Part shown: positions 18,379 through 28,244 of the stretch, piece by piece | Position numbering within the stretch: the stretch's first letter is position 1 | Layout: the number at the start of each line of letters is the position of its first letter | Assembly: GCA_030427365.1 (NCBI GenBank) | Contig: JAUHWW010000004.1 | Coordinates: 1-50,424, forward strand | Direction of reading: 5' to 3' | DNA: 50,424 nt | DNA from: a bacterium | GTDB taxonomy: Bacteria; Patescibacteriota; Saccharimonadia; Saccharimonadales; SZUA-47 | The notes under the pieces: model-generated | Seen by the model: the letters and a program-made list of their open reading frames with translations, nothing else | Databases searched by the model: none | What the model was told of the DNA's origin: nothing | Made by a program: the position numbers and the translations under genes

Positions 18379-20580
18379 TTATTTGTCCTCGGTGAGGACC
18401 TTCTTTTTGGGGAAGCTAAAGCCAAACGTGCTACCCTTGCCCTCTTTACTGTTGAAAATAATTGAGCCGCCAGAGGTTACAATGATTTTCTTTGCCATAA
18501 ACAGACCAATCCCCGTGCCATCTGGGCGGGCTTTACGGGCATTTTCTGCCCGGTAAAACTTCGTAAATAGCTTGTGCTGCTCGTTTTTGGGCACACCGAT
18601 GCCGCTATCAACGACGGTGAACTCCACACTTTTCGGCGTCTCCTTGAGCGTGACAGTTATTTTTCCGTCTTGCGGTGTGTAATACAGCGCATTATCGACA
18701 AAGTTCATGACCACCTGGCGAATTTTCATGTCATCGAGCTCAAGAATTGGGAAGTTTTTCGGCTTTTTGTACGAGAGTGTGATGTTTTTCGCTGCCGCGC
18801 CTTCTTCGAGCTGTTTTAGCTCTGACTCGACAAGTTCAGCCAAATCCACCGGCTTGGTCTCAATAATGAATTTACCGGTGCGCAAACGCGAGATATTGAG
18901 CAGATCAGATATCAGATACACCATACGCTGTGAGCTAAAATACGCCTGGCCGAGCATTTTCTTCTGCGTGGGCGTAATCTCGCCGGCATCACCTTCAAGC
19001 ACCATGGAGATATAGCCTTTTATGGACGTAAGTGGCGTGCGCAGCTGGTGCGAGGCCATCGATACGAACTCGTCTTTCGCAACATCAAGTGCTTTGAGCT
19101 TTTCGTTATTGTCTTTTAACTCTTTGGTAGCGGTATCAATCTTTCTCTGCAGCGTGACGTTAAACTGCTCAATTTCTTCCAGTTTCAACGCGTTTTCAAT
19201 GGCTAGCACGAGCTCGTTTGAGATAATTTCAAGCAGTTTTAGGTCTTCAGCGGTGTATATCTCACCTGATTGTTTAGGACCAAGTAACATATAACCGACA
19301 CCAGCTACTTTCAATGACTCTGTCGTAACAAGCCGGCCGAGTATTTCGATATCGTTATCATTCAAAATTCCTTTGAGAATAAGCTCTTCGCCCGTATCAT
19401 TTTCGTTGCTCACAGAGTAAATCTTGTGACTCAATTGCGGCGTAATCTGACGGATTTTCTCTAAATTGCCCTCTGATATCTTTTTCTTATCATCAGTCGC
19501 AACATAGCGACTTGGGAAATATGCTGTTTCGCGGATATAAAATCCACAATACGATGTTTTGATGTTCTGCTGAATGATGTGGGTGGATTTCTCCAGTATT
19601 GACTCAACATCAACATCTGCAACCAGCGTTTCATTGAGCTCATCGAGCAGCTCCTGTGCACTATACGAATCGCGATAAAACAACCTGTTTGTCAGCTTGT
19701 CAAAGAATAGCTTCATCGGCCGGAACATGAGACCTGATATGACTGCAAGGGTTGCAAACGCTAGTCGCTGCAGCGCCGTCAAGTTTGTGCCAAGAGTGTC
19801 AGTGCCACTGAGGATGAAAATAAGCGCTGAATATGCCAACAGAAGCGCGACAATAGCGCCGACATATGCAGACGCCCTGGCGACGGCCGTTTTTATGTCA
19901 AACAGTTGGTGGCGGGCGATGGAGTTTGTGACCAAGAAGATATAAAACAGCGTAAAAATAGGTCCAAGCCAGATGAACGCTGAGGTGCCAAGCAATGGCA
20001 AGCCAAGGTTGGAAACTAGAGCCAAAGCGCTGCTTAAAATTGCAGCGTATAGCAGAGATTGGAGGTGCTTTCTATCAACTCCTTTCGACTGCTTCATGTG
20101 TCGATAAAGAATGATATAGGATAGACCGAAGTATACCGAGAAATAAAGTGAGTAGATGGTGAACGGAAGAACATTAACGGTAAATAATAAAATGTCTCCG
20201 CTATAGTCTACTGAGCTTATCAGCCAGTCGTTCTTCAAAAATAGGGGCAGCGCAAGAATGAGGACCGGTAAAGCCAGTGCTGCGTCGACGACATTATTGG
20301 CAGGTTTGTGGGTTTTGAACGTTTTAGCAAACAACAATAAAAAGTACGCCGTGAACATTGGAGCAATGAAGAAAAGCTTGCTTCCGACTGATACTGCCGC
20401 TTCTGAACTAGCGGCTAATAGTATGCCGTCTCCGAAAGCCCAGAGAACATTACAGAGAATAGCGGCAACAAACAGCAAGTTCTCACGTGCTTTGAGCGCG
20501 CGCGAGAACAGTACAAACACCAACCCGAAGTTGATGAGTGCCACAAAGAACAATATCCAGGATTGCAGAGGTATACTCAT
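18379..20580 (-). CDS. Sensor histidine kinase with N-terminal 7TM-type sensor and GAF-like region
   Basis: About 9 TM segments; H-box FVSMASHQLRTPLT, N-box NFVDNALYY, DSGIG, FTKFYR and GTGIGL. Confidence 0.95.
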   Translation of the reverse strand: MSIPLQSWILFFVALINFGLVFVLFSRALKARENLLFVAAILCNVLWAFGDGILLAASSEAAVSVGSKLFFIAPMFTAYFLLLFAKTFKTHKPANNVVDAALALPVLILALPLFLKNDWLISSVDYSGDILLFTVNVLPFTIYSLYFSVYFGLSYIILYRHMKQSKGVDRKHLQSLLYAAILSSALALVSNLGLPLLGTSAFIWLGPIFTLFYIFLVTNSIARHQLFDIKTAVARASAYVGAIVALLLAYSALIFILSGTDTLGTNLTALQRLAFATLAVISGLMFRPMKLFFDKLTNRLFYRDSYSAQELLDELNETLVADVDVESILEKSTHIIQQNIKTSYCGFYIRETAYFPSRYVATDDKKKISEGNLEKIRQITPQLSHKIYSVSNENDTGEELILKGILNDNDIEILGRLVTTESLKVAGVGYMLLGPKQSGEIYTAEDLKLLEIISNELVLAIENALKLEEIEQFNVTLQRKIDTATKELKDNNEKLKALDVAKDEFVSMASHQLRTPLTSIKGYISMVLEGDAGEITPTQKKMLGQAYFSSQRMVYLISDLLNISRLRTGKFIIETKPVDLAELVESELKQLEEGAAAKNITLSYKKPKNFPILELDDMKIRQVVMNFVDNALYYTPQDGKITVTLKETPKSVEFTVVDSGIGVPKNEQHKLFTKFYRAENARKARPDGTGIGLFMAKKIIVTSGGSIIFNSKEGKGSTFGFSFPKKKVLTEDK

Positions 20581-20622
20581 AGGGCTTATGGTTATCAGTA
20601 TGCCACAGAAGTTAGAATATTA

Positions 20623-21849
20623 TTAGTCGTTAAGTTGGCCGTGACTCTGATATTCAGCAGTGGTAAAACCGATTTTCTCAAAAAGTTCGCCGATTTTCTC
20701 AACGTCTTCATCTGTTACGCGCTTTGTAAGAGCAAGATCGGGTCGATCAAAGTAGGCGATTGCAGAAACTTCTGCTTCACACCCCCAGATATCGTACTCG
20801 TGATGCAGGCCGTGTGGTCCGTAGGAGTACTGTTGCCTTCTTGTCACGATATGCTGATTCGAGGTGTCTTTGCCGATGACCCAGATCAGTTCACCGCCAC
20901 CGTCAATCACTGCCTGACGCTCAAAGCTGCCTGGCTGACTATCATCGACGATAACTTTACCTGCTAAATCAACGCCATCTACCCCCACTGGTGTCGTGAC
21001 AGCGCTTACAATCAGTTCTGACTTTTTTAATAAATCTTTGCTTGAGGTAACAAGTGTCACTTTCTTTCCGAAACTTTGGATTTTTTTGCGTGCTTTTTGA
21101 GCCTTTTTTTGCCTGACATCATACAGAAGGAACTCTGCCTCAGGGTATGCAACAGCAAGTGTGGTCATTGCGGCCAAGCCTATTGAGCCTCCACCACCGA
21201 GAAACCCGATTTTTACATTATTCCTTCCGTTAAAGCGGTCGTTAATGACACTTTCGACTGTTTTCTTTATAAAGTAGGTCGTGCCTGCATGCCCAGTTGT
21301 GGTAATAACGTCTGCTTTAATCTTTTTTCCGAACTTTGTAATACCCGGCAAAGTGGCACCGAGGCCAACATACTCTACGCCAAAAGCCCTTTTTGTGAAT
21401 GATACGGCTTCGTTTATTCGCTTTGTTGCCGCTCGCAGCAGCAAGAGTTTGTTGCGGTAATCTTTTACCATATCGTTAAAAATTGGCACAAAGATCAACA
21501 CCCCTGATGACGGCTCGCCGGGTGACCCATACATTTCAATCCGGAATGGGGGCAGGCTAATCAGAACGCGGTAGGCATCTGCCACATTGAGATGTCTTAA
21601 AGCGGGCAAAAGCTCGTACACTTCCTCCCAAAATTCCGTATTAAATCGTGAGGCGCGTGTCGGAATCAGAAACGCGAATTTCACTCTTTCAATGACACGA
21701 GGTGTTTCGTACTCGTCACATAATTCATTCACATACGAACGTGTTCGTACAAGATCATCCTTTATGATGTCGGTCTTTGACTCATCGAGCTTGCTAAGAA
21801 CTTTAAGTGCGGCATTGCGGTCGTAACGATAAGTGTATGTTTTCTTCAT
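20623..21849 (-). CDS. NAD(P)-dependent oxidoreductase resembling the acyl-ACP reductase/COG5322 family
   Basis: GLGATLP, TTGH, Rossmann GGGGSIG, IVDDSQP and WGCEAE (Cys in a catalytic-like position). Confidence 0.6.
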   Translation of the reverse strand: MKKTYTYRYDRNAALKVLSKLDESKTDIIKDDLVRTRSYVNELCDEYETPRVIERVKFAFLIPTRASRFNTEFWEEVYELLPALRHLNVADAYRVLISLPPFRIEMYGSPGEPSSGVLIFVPIFNDMVKDYRNKLLLLRAATKRINEAVSFTKRAFGVEYVGLGATLPGITKFGKKIKADVITTTGHAGTTYFIKKTVESVINDRFNGRNNVKIGFLGGGGSIGLAAMTTLAVAYPEAEFLLYDVRQKKAQKARKKIQSFGKKVTLVTSSKDLLKKSELIVSAVTTPVGVDGVDLAGKVIVDDSQPGSFERQAVIDGGGELIWVIGKDTSNQHIVTRRQQYSYGPHGLHHEYDIWGCEAEVSAIAYFDRPDLALTKRVTDEDVEKIGELFEKIGFTTAEYQSHGQLND

Positions 21850-21889
21850 TTGTGTTTGGGCGACTCTTTATAGATAATACACGCGAGAC

Positions 21890-22516
21890 ATGAAACACAC
21901 AAAAAGTTTACTAGCCTGGCAATACATCCGATTTGCAGGCATTCTCACTGTCCTTGTCACGAAGTTTTTGATGCCACTTTTCCGGAAATGTGAGTACGAC
22001 ATCAGTATCGATGGCGTCAACAAAAAAACTTCGCCGATTATCATCGTGGCAAATCATCAAACACTGCTTGATTCCCCGATGGTGTTCGCGGCGATGCCAA
22101 TCAGAAAAATATGGCACCTCTCGCCGGTAAAATTCATGACTTACGACGTGTACTACAACAGCAAGTATAAGCCGTTCCTCTACAGCACGGGCTGTTATCC
22201 GACACACGGTGAAGGGCTCACAGGAGTCGAGGGCGGCGTCTACTACGCAGAGCATGGCTATAGCTCCTTTATTTATCCAGAGGGTCGCCGCACCGACCCA
22301 AAAAAGCGAGGCAAAGCCTTTCCGGGTGTTGTCCGCATGCTTGATAGAGTGCCAAATGCACAGCTTTTACTTTGTTTTATCGACTGGGAGCCTCGCACGA
22401 GTCGCTTTTCTCGTCCAAAAGTACGCGTTATTTGGCGTCTTGCAGACGAAACTGTTGATCGAACTGATCCCGAGGCAATTATGAATAAAATTTATGCTTT
22501 AGGTACGGTAGAATAA
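21890..22516 (+). CDS. Lysophospholipid acyltransferase family (PlsC-like)
   Basis: NHQTLLD (HX4D) and IYPEGRR motifs. Confidence 0.88.
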   Translation: MKHTKSLLAWQYIRFAGILTVLVTKFLMPLFRKCEYDISIDGVNKKTSPIIIVANHQTLLDSPMVFAAMPIRKIWHLSPVKFMTYDVYYNSKYKPFLYSTGCYPTHGEGLTGVEGGVYYAEHGYSSFIYPEGRRTDPKKRGKAFPGVVRMLDRVPNAQLLLCFIDWEPRTSRFSRPKVRVIWRLADETVDRTDPEAIMNKIYALGTVE

Positions 22517-22520
22517 GAGT

Positions 22521-22883
22521 ATGGCTAAAATTGCAATCATTGAAGACGACCTGGCTATTAGCCAGATGTACCGGGTGAAGTTCGAGGGTGAAGGATACAC
22601 TGTCGATACTGCAGAAAACGGCATCTTGGGTCTCAAGCTTGTTGAGGACATGAAGCCGGATATCGTACTACTCGATCTGATGATGCCTGAGATGGATGGC
22701 GAAGAAATGCTCAAAAAACTACGTGACACCGACTGGGGCAAAGATATCAAGGTGATTATCCTTACAAACGTTGGTGAAAGCGAAGCACCGCCAAGCATAA
22801 AAGAGCTTGGTGTGGAGGCGTTCATTCTTAAGGCAAATATGACTCCTCGGCAAGTCGCTGAACTTGTCAAAGAACATCTCTAA
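22521..22883 (+). CDS. Single-domain response regulator
   Basis: IIEDD, LLDLMMPEMDG, ILTN and FILK receiver motifs. Confidence 0.95.
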   Translation: MAKIAIIEDDLAISQMYRVKFEGEGYTVDTAENGILGLKLVEDMKPDIVLLDLMMPEMDGEEMLKKLRDTDWGKDIKVIILTNVGESEAPPSIKELGVEAFILKANMTPRQVAELVKEHL

Positions 22884-22927
22884 GCTAGCGAGCGCAAACA
22901 ACGGGCAATAGCGTATACTTTAGCGGT

Positions 22928-24283
22928 ATGGTTGGAACTTCGTTTACCTTTAATTCGACTCAGTGGTCAGATGATCGCCGCATGTGCACGTTTACGTATG
23001 ATTTACACACCGATGAGCAGCAATTTACGTTGAACGAAACTATTACGTTCCCCGAGGAAATGCATGACACGCCACTCGTGCAGCGACTGACTCGAGCACT
23101 CCACTTGGCACTCGGCATTAGTTACTACAAATCGTTTGTGTCACCGCGGATCAGCCATCCGTATGCAATGGACGATAGTGAAGCTGCATTCTGGAATAGC
23201 GTCTATGTGAACGGGCTCGGCGAATTTTTGCTTAAGAATAATTTGAATGCAGACGTGCTAGCTCGTTTTGAAGCGCAAGATGGCATTACCCTTCCCGATG
23301 CAACAGCGAAGCTCGACGTATCGAAAGCCCTCCTCGGGATTGGCGGAGGTAAAGATTCGATTGTTGCCGGAGAGCTACTGAAATCACTGGATATCGATCT
23401 TACTGGCTTCGTACTTGCTACCGGCGAGCAGCGTGGCCAAACAGAATCAGTCGCTCGTGTCATGGGGATCGACTTGCATGCAATCGAGCGACGAATTGAC
23501 CGGCAGATTATTGAGATAAATACCCTTGAGGGCGCTTACAACGGACACGTGCCGATATCGCTTATTTTTGCATTGTGCGGATGCATGCTGGCAGCACAAT
23601 CTGGCAGCGGAAATGTGGTCGTTGCGAATGAAGCAAGTGCAAGCCTCCCGCAAGCGATGCATGATGGGCAACCGATTAATCATCAGTGGAGTAAGTCGCT
23701 TGAATTCGAACGATTGTTCCAGGAATTTATCACTACTCAAATAGCAAATGACCTGCATTATTTTAGTGCGATTCGGCCGCTTACCTCTCTCGGCGTTATG
23801 CAGATTTTCTCTGAATATAAGCAGTATTTTGATGTATTCACTAGTGACAATAGTCTTTTCAAGCTCGAACCCGGTGAGCGTGATCATCCCCGATGGTCAC
23901 TTGATAGCCCAAAGAGTCTGAGTAGCTACATATTGCTGGCACCGTTTGTGAGCGATGATGAGCTCATACATATTTTTGGCCGGAATTTCCTCGACGAAGA
24001 CAGACTACAGGAGCTATTTATTTCCCTACTTGGTCGATCGAGTCGCCAAGTGCTTGACTGCGTTGGTACACCAGACGAATTACTCTTCAGTTTGCAGCTG
24101 CTTGAGCGCGATGGACGATTTACAGATAGCGCACTGATGAAGCGTGCTCGGGATGAAGGGTTGTTTAAGGACATTAGTAAAGTTGGCATGCAGCCGAAGC
24201 TGCTTGATGAGCAGGCGTTTCCTGAGAGTATTGCTGACGCATTAACTCAACGTATCGAAAACATGGTGGAAAATGATGTTTAG
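22928..24283 (+). CDS. murL: MurL-like UDP-MurNAc-L-Ala-L-Glu epimerase
   Basis: GISYYK, GLGEF, GGGKDS, NGHVP, ANEASA, NHQWSKS and CVG motifs; overlaps the downstream murD-type gene. Confidence 0.8.
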   Translation: MVGTSFTFNSTQWSDDRRMCTFTYDLHTDEQQFTLNETITFPEEMHDTPLVQRLTRALHLALGISYYKSFVSPRISHPYAMDDSEAAFWNSVYVNGLGEFLLKNNLNADVLARFEAQDGITLPDATAKLDVSKALLGIGGGKDSIVAGELLKSLDIDLTGFVLATGEQRGQTESVARVMGIDLHAIERRIDRQIIEINTLEGAYNGHVPISLIFALCGCMLAAQSGSGNVVVANEASASLPQAMHDGQPINHQWSKSLEFERLFQEFITTQIANDLHYFSAIRPLTSLGVMQIFSEYKQYFDVFTSDNSLFKLEPGERDHPRWSLDSPKSLSSYILLAPFVSDDELIHIFGRNFLDEDRLQELFISLLGRSSRQVLDCVGTPDELLFSLQLLERDGRFTDSALMKRARDEGLFKDISKVGMQPKLLDEQAFPESIADALTQRIENMVENDV

Positions 24284-25550
24284 CTTACCGTTTTTTGACA
24301 ACAAGAAAGTTATTTTTATTGGACGAGGTAAAGAATGGCTGAGTTTTGAGCAATTCGCAAAAACGTATTTACAGCTTGCATCCATAGAGTCAGTGTTCAT
24401 TGATGACGACAATAAACAGCGCACGATCGATGAATTGCAAGAAAAATCTGATGACGGAGCAATTATCGTTAAAACGGCTGGCTATCCAGGTAGTGGCCTG
24501 CCCTTTCCTTACACGACGCCGACGCGTGTGTTTTTTGACTGCGTCACGCAGCTAGGTGCGACAACAATCGGCGTGACTGGAACGAAAGGAAAAACAACCA
24601 CTTCTTCGCTGATCGCACATATCCTGAAAACTGCACAAATTGGTAATATCCGATTATGCGGCAATATCGGTGATCCGATGCTCGATGCTCTCGAAGATGC
24701 AACGAAAAACAGTATATTCGTTGTAGAGCTTTCGAGTTTTCAGCTCACAGAATTACGCACCAGTCCAAACGTCGCGGTGCTCACAAATCTATTTCACGAT
24801 CACATTGACTATCACGGTGACAAAGAGACCTATTGGGAAGCGAAGCACAATATCATGCGGTTCATGGACAAAAATGGCGTGTTTATCTATAACCCGCAGG
24901 TCGCCGAAGCTGCTGAGCAATGGGTAAGTGAAAGCCCCGCACGCTGCATTGCAATTGACCAAGAAGAGCCGGTACCGATTTTTGCGAAGGCGAAGTTAAT
25001 CGGCGATCACAACCGCATAAATTACCTTATGGCCCGTGAGGTCACGCGATTATTCGACGTAGCTGGTGATGTCACCCAGCAAGCCCTACTGAGCTTCGAA
25101 CCAGTTCGTCACCGACTGCAAACGGTTCGTGAAGTGAATGGCGTGACCTTTGTCGATGACGCAATCGGCTCAAATCCTGAAGCGACCGTTGCTGGTCTGC
25201 ACGCTCTCATCAAAAACCAAGCACCGATTGGCTGCGTTTTCTTGGGTGGGAACGATCGCGGGTACGATTTTTCAGAACTGGTAAAATTGCTCTACCGTGT
25301 CGGCGTGCCAAAACTTGTCTTATTCCCAGACACTGGTGAGATTATTAAGAATCAACTACCAGAAACATACAAGCCCGATATTTTCGAAACTCGTGATATG
25401 GAAGAGGCGGTCAAATGGGCTGCTAAAGAAACGCCTAGTGGCAGTATTTGCCTATTGTCGACCGCCGCACCAAGCACTGTCATATGGTCAAGCTTCGAAG
25501 AAAAGGGCGCTCTATTTCAGGAAGCGGTAAATAATCTGTCAACGTTCTAA
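24273..25550 (+). CDS. murD: MurD-type ligase (probably the L-Glu-adding MurD2)
   Basis: GVTGTKGKTTT, GNIG, VELSSFQL, DHIDYH, HRLQ and FEEKG motifs; coupled to murL. Confidence 0.88.
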   Translation: MMFSLPFFDNKKVIFIGRGKEWLSFEQFAKTYLQLASIESVFIDDDNKQRTIDELQEKSDDGAIIVKTAGYPGSGLPFPYTTPTRVFFDCVTQLGATTIGVTGTKGKTTTSSLIAHILKTAQIGNIRLCGNIGDPMLDALEDATKNSIFVVELSSFQLTELRTSPNVAVLTNLFHDHIDYHGDKETYWEAKHNIMRFMDKNGVFIYNPQVAEAAEQWVSESPARCIAIDQEEPVPIFAKAKLIGDHNRINYLMAREVTRLFDVAGDVTQQALLSFEPVRHRLQTVREVNGVTFVDDAIGSNPEATVAGLHALIKNQAPIGCVFLGGNDRGYDFSELVKLLYRVGVPKLVLFPDTGEIIKNQLPETYKPDIFETRDMEEAVKWAAKETPSGSICLLSTAAPSTVIWSSFEEKGALFQEAVNNLSTF

Positions 25551-25577
25551 ATATCTTAAAAAGAAACACGCAATGGG

Positions 25578-26387
25578 TTACTCGACCGTATTGCGTGCAG
25601 CTGTGATGACGTTCTCGAATAAAGCGGCAACGGTAAGAGGTCCTACGCCGCCTTTTATCGGTGTCATCGTGACGGCGGGCATCTCACGAACATCCTGAGC
25701 AACATCACCAACGAGTCCGTTGCTGTCGGTGGCAACACCGGCATCAACGATAACTGCATCGGCCTTCACCATATCAGCCGTGATTAGCCCAGGAACGCCA
25801 GTGGCAGAAATAATGACGTCAGCAGTCTGCAGCATATCTTCGATGTCTGAAGTAGATTTATCAACTACTGTTGGATTCAGGTCAGATGAACGCAGTAACT
25901 TTTCTAATGGCTTACCAACTAAGCGACCATTGCCGACGATAACAATATTCTTGCCGCGCAAATCAATGTTGTAGCCGGCAAGTAGCCAGTTAATTGCCAT
26001 TGGTGTCGGAGCGTCAAAGTCTGTTTTGCTTGCAAGCCCGTCAACGTCTTTATGAGCCACTACACTGTTAAGGATCTCATCTGTTTGCGTCCTATCAGGC
26101 AATGGAATCTGGACGATAATACCGTGCATTGATTCGTCGTCATTGAGTTTCTTTATTAGCTCAGATGCTTCAGTCTGCTGTATATCATGTACTACTACCT
26201 CAACCTGAATGTCCTCACCGTATCCCTGCTTGATGCGCATATAACTGTCGACGATTGGATCAGGATTGGTACGGATAATTGCCAACTTCGGCACGATATT
26301 CCACTGCTGGCGCAACCCACGAACGGCCTTCGCCTGGCGTTCTTTGATAAATCCAGCGAGCTCAGCACCGTTCAGTTCACGTTTCAT
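25578..26387 (-). CDS. folD: Methylenetetrahydrofolate dehydrogenase/cyclohydrolase
   Basis: GIIVQIPLP, KDVDG, GRLVGKPL, VDAG and TPIKGGVGPLT motifs. Confidence 0.95.
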   Translation of the reverse strand: MKRELNGAELAGFIKERQAKAVRGLRQQWNIVPKLAIIRTNPDPIVDSYMRIKQGYGEDIQVEVVVHDIQQTEASELIKKLNDDESMHGIIVQIPLPDRTQTDEILNSVVAHKDVDGLASKTDFDAPTPMAINWLLAGYNIDLRGKNIVIVGNGRLVGKPLEKLLRSSDLNPTVVDKSTSDIEDMLQTADVIISATGVPGLITADMVKADAVIVDAGVATDSNGLVGDVAQDVREMPAVTMTPIKGGVGPLTVAALFENVITAARNTVE

Positions 26388-26440
26388 ATCGTCCTATTCT
26401 AGCATTCTTCTCTGTTTCTATGCTAAAATTAGCCAACCAC

Positions 26441-26515
26441 GCGCCTGTGGTGAAATGGATATCACAATGGTCTTCGGAACCATTATTCGGGGTTCGAATC
26501 CCTGCGGGCGCACCA
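26441..26515 (+). tRNA. tRNA-Arg(TCG)
   Basis: Anticodon arm ATGGT-CTTCGGA-ACCAT; GGTTCGAATCC; encoded CCA. Confidence 0.95.
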
Positions 26516-26519
26516 CATT

Positions 26520-26548
26520 AATCGACCAAGGGGTCGATTTTAATTTTT
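26520..26548. terminator. Hairpin terminator between tRNA-Arg and the convergent gene
   Basis: AATCGACC-AAGG-GGTCGATT followed by T-rich sequence. Confidence 0.6.
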
Positions 26549-27313
26549 CTGGGGGCCTGGAAAGAATGCGTTAGTTTGCTTTTTATACTGCTCGTACTCT
26601 TTATCACCTTCGTAACGTTTTTCGAGCATCGGAATTCCTGAAATTCCGATTATCAAGTAGGTGATGGTTAGCGGGCCAATGACAGCAAGGTACCAAAAGT
26701 CATACGGCAACGTCAGCAGCAAGAAGCCCCACCAAAGCGACACCTCGCCAAAATAGTTCGGATGGCGGGTGTATTTCCACAGTCCACTGCGCATAATTGA
26801 ATTCTTCTTTGATTTCGTAAATAGAATAAATCGGCGAAGCTGATAATCACCAACCGCTTCAAAGAAAAATCCTGTTGCCCAAATTGCCAAGCCAAGCCAG
26901 TTATACCACGACATTTCATTGTTGAGACCATTGAAAAAGAAAATAATCGGCGCCGCAACAAGTAGCATAAACGCGCCTTGCGATAAAAACACGTTTGTAA
27001 AAGCTTGCAGCCGTTTATACTTCCAGCCTTCGCGCATTTGCACATATCTTTTATCTTCTTTGCTTTTCTTATGACGGTCGGCAATGTGCATTGCGAGTCG
27101 CAAGCCCCAAGCCGTGACAGTCAGTAGTATCAACGTTGTTTTCAAAGATGATTCGGCGCTGGTATACACAAAAAGGCTCCAGGCAATCGTTACGAAGCCG
27201 AGGCCCCAGGCGATATCAGCGATGTCGTTGCGTTCCCGCAGTTGCGCAACCACATACCACGCAGTCATGTAAACAAGTACGGCGCCGGCAGCGACAAGGA
27301 TTAGCTCACCCAT
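26540..27313 (-). CDS. DUF1295 / steroid 5-alpha-reductase-like membrane protein
   Basis: DIAWG, WGLRL, EDKRY, GLWKYTRHPNYFGE and FFP motifs. Confidence 0.9.
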   Translation of the reverse strand: MGELILVAAGAVLVYMTAWYVVAQLRERNDIADIAWGLGFVTIAWSLFVYTSAESSLKTTLILLTVTAWGLRLAMHIADRHKKSKEDKRYVQMREGWKYKRLQAFTNVFLSQGAFMLLVAAPIIFFFNGLNNEMSWYNWLGLAIWATGFFFEAVGDYQLRRFILFTKSKKNSIMRSGLWKYTRHPNYFGEVSLWWGFLLLTLPYDFWYLAVIGPLTITYLIIGISGIPMLEKRYEGDKEYEQYKKQTNAFFPGPQKN

Positions 27314-27711
27314 TGCGCAATATAATACCCTATGGTTGCGACAGACGACGTGAGGACAACACCCCAGGCGATATCAATTGGAACGATTGGAAACGGCCAG
27401 TTTTTGATGACCGCCAAGTTAGTCAGTTCATACGTCGCATAGGCAAGCCCACCAAACAATGCACCGTTTAACGCAGCTTTTCCGACCGAGCCTTCTTCGA
27501 TAGCTGGCAGCACTGCAAAGTAAATGATCCCGAAGATGTAGAACAGATAGAACACACCAGCTGCAGACCAATTTGGCGTCTTTGCTAGGAACGAGCCGAG
27601 ATATTTGTCATAAATACCCTTCCCGATAACCCCTAGCCAGAGCAGATCAACCAGAAAGAACACTGGCACCGTTAATAGATAGGTGTAGATTATTTGTGTC
27701 GTTGTAAGCAT
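27301..27711 (-). CDS. DUF2177 family membrane protein
   Basis: DLLWLG, YATYELTNLA and DIAWG motifs. Confidence 0.88.
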   Translation of the reverse strand: MLTTTQIIYTYLLTVPVFFLVDLLWLGVIGKGIYDKYLGSFLAKTPNWSAAGVFYLFYIFGIIYFAVLPAIEEGSVGKAALNGALFGGLAYATYELTNLAVIKNWPFPIVPIDIAWGVVLTSSVATIGYYIAQWVS

Positions 27712-27825
27712 AGGCTTATCCTACAAGCTGCCTTATAAAAAAATTGTGAAAAATATTGCAGTTTACAGCAGTTGCGGCTGAGGCGATGACGGGTTATGAT
27801 GATGGAAGCATAAGAAGGAGCAACC

Positions 27826-28242
27826 ATGAAACATCGAAGCGTCGCAGCCGTCATTGTATTAACCCTAGTCACATTCGGCATTTACGGCATTGTCTGGCAA
27901 GTAAAGACGAAAAATGAAATGAACCGCCTCGGCGCAAATATCCCAACGGCATGGCTCATCATCGTTCCAATCGCTAACATCTACTGGCTTTGGAAGTACT
28001 GTGAAGGTGTCGAGAAAGTGACCAATCAGAAAGTTTCCGGCATTCTTGCCTTTGTCTTGTTTTGGCTCGTTGGTATTGTCGGTATGGCAATTGTTCAAAA
28101 TGAGTTCAATCAAGTTGGAGAAGGTCAACCCCAGGCAATGCAACCGCAAGGCGCCCCTGCTCCAACCCAACCAGCTGAACCAGCAGTGGCTGCCACAACG
28201 CCTGCAGACACGCAGCCGACTGATCAACAGCCACAAGCGTAG
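27826..28242 (+). CDS. DUF4234-like membrane protein
   Basis: LTLVTFGIYGIVW...QNEFN pattern; AGGAG RBS. Confidence 0.8.
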   Translation: MKHRSVAAVIVLTLVTFGIYGIVWQVKTKNEMNRLGANIPTAWLIIVPIANIYWLWKYCEGVEKVTNQKVSGILAFVLFWLVGIVGMAIVQNEFNQVGEGQPQAMQPQGAPAPTQPAEPAVAATTPADTQPTDQQPQA

Positions 28243-28244
28243 TT

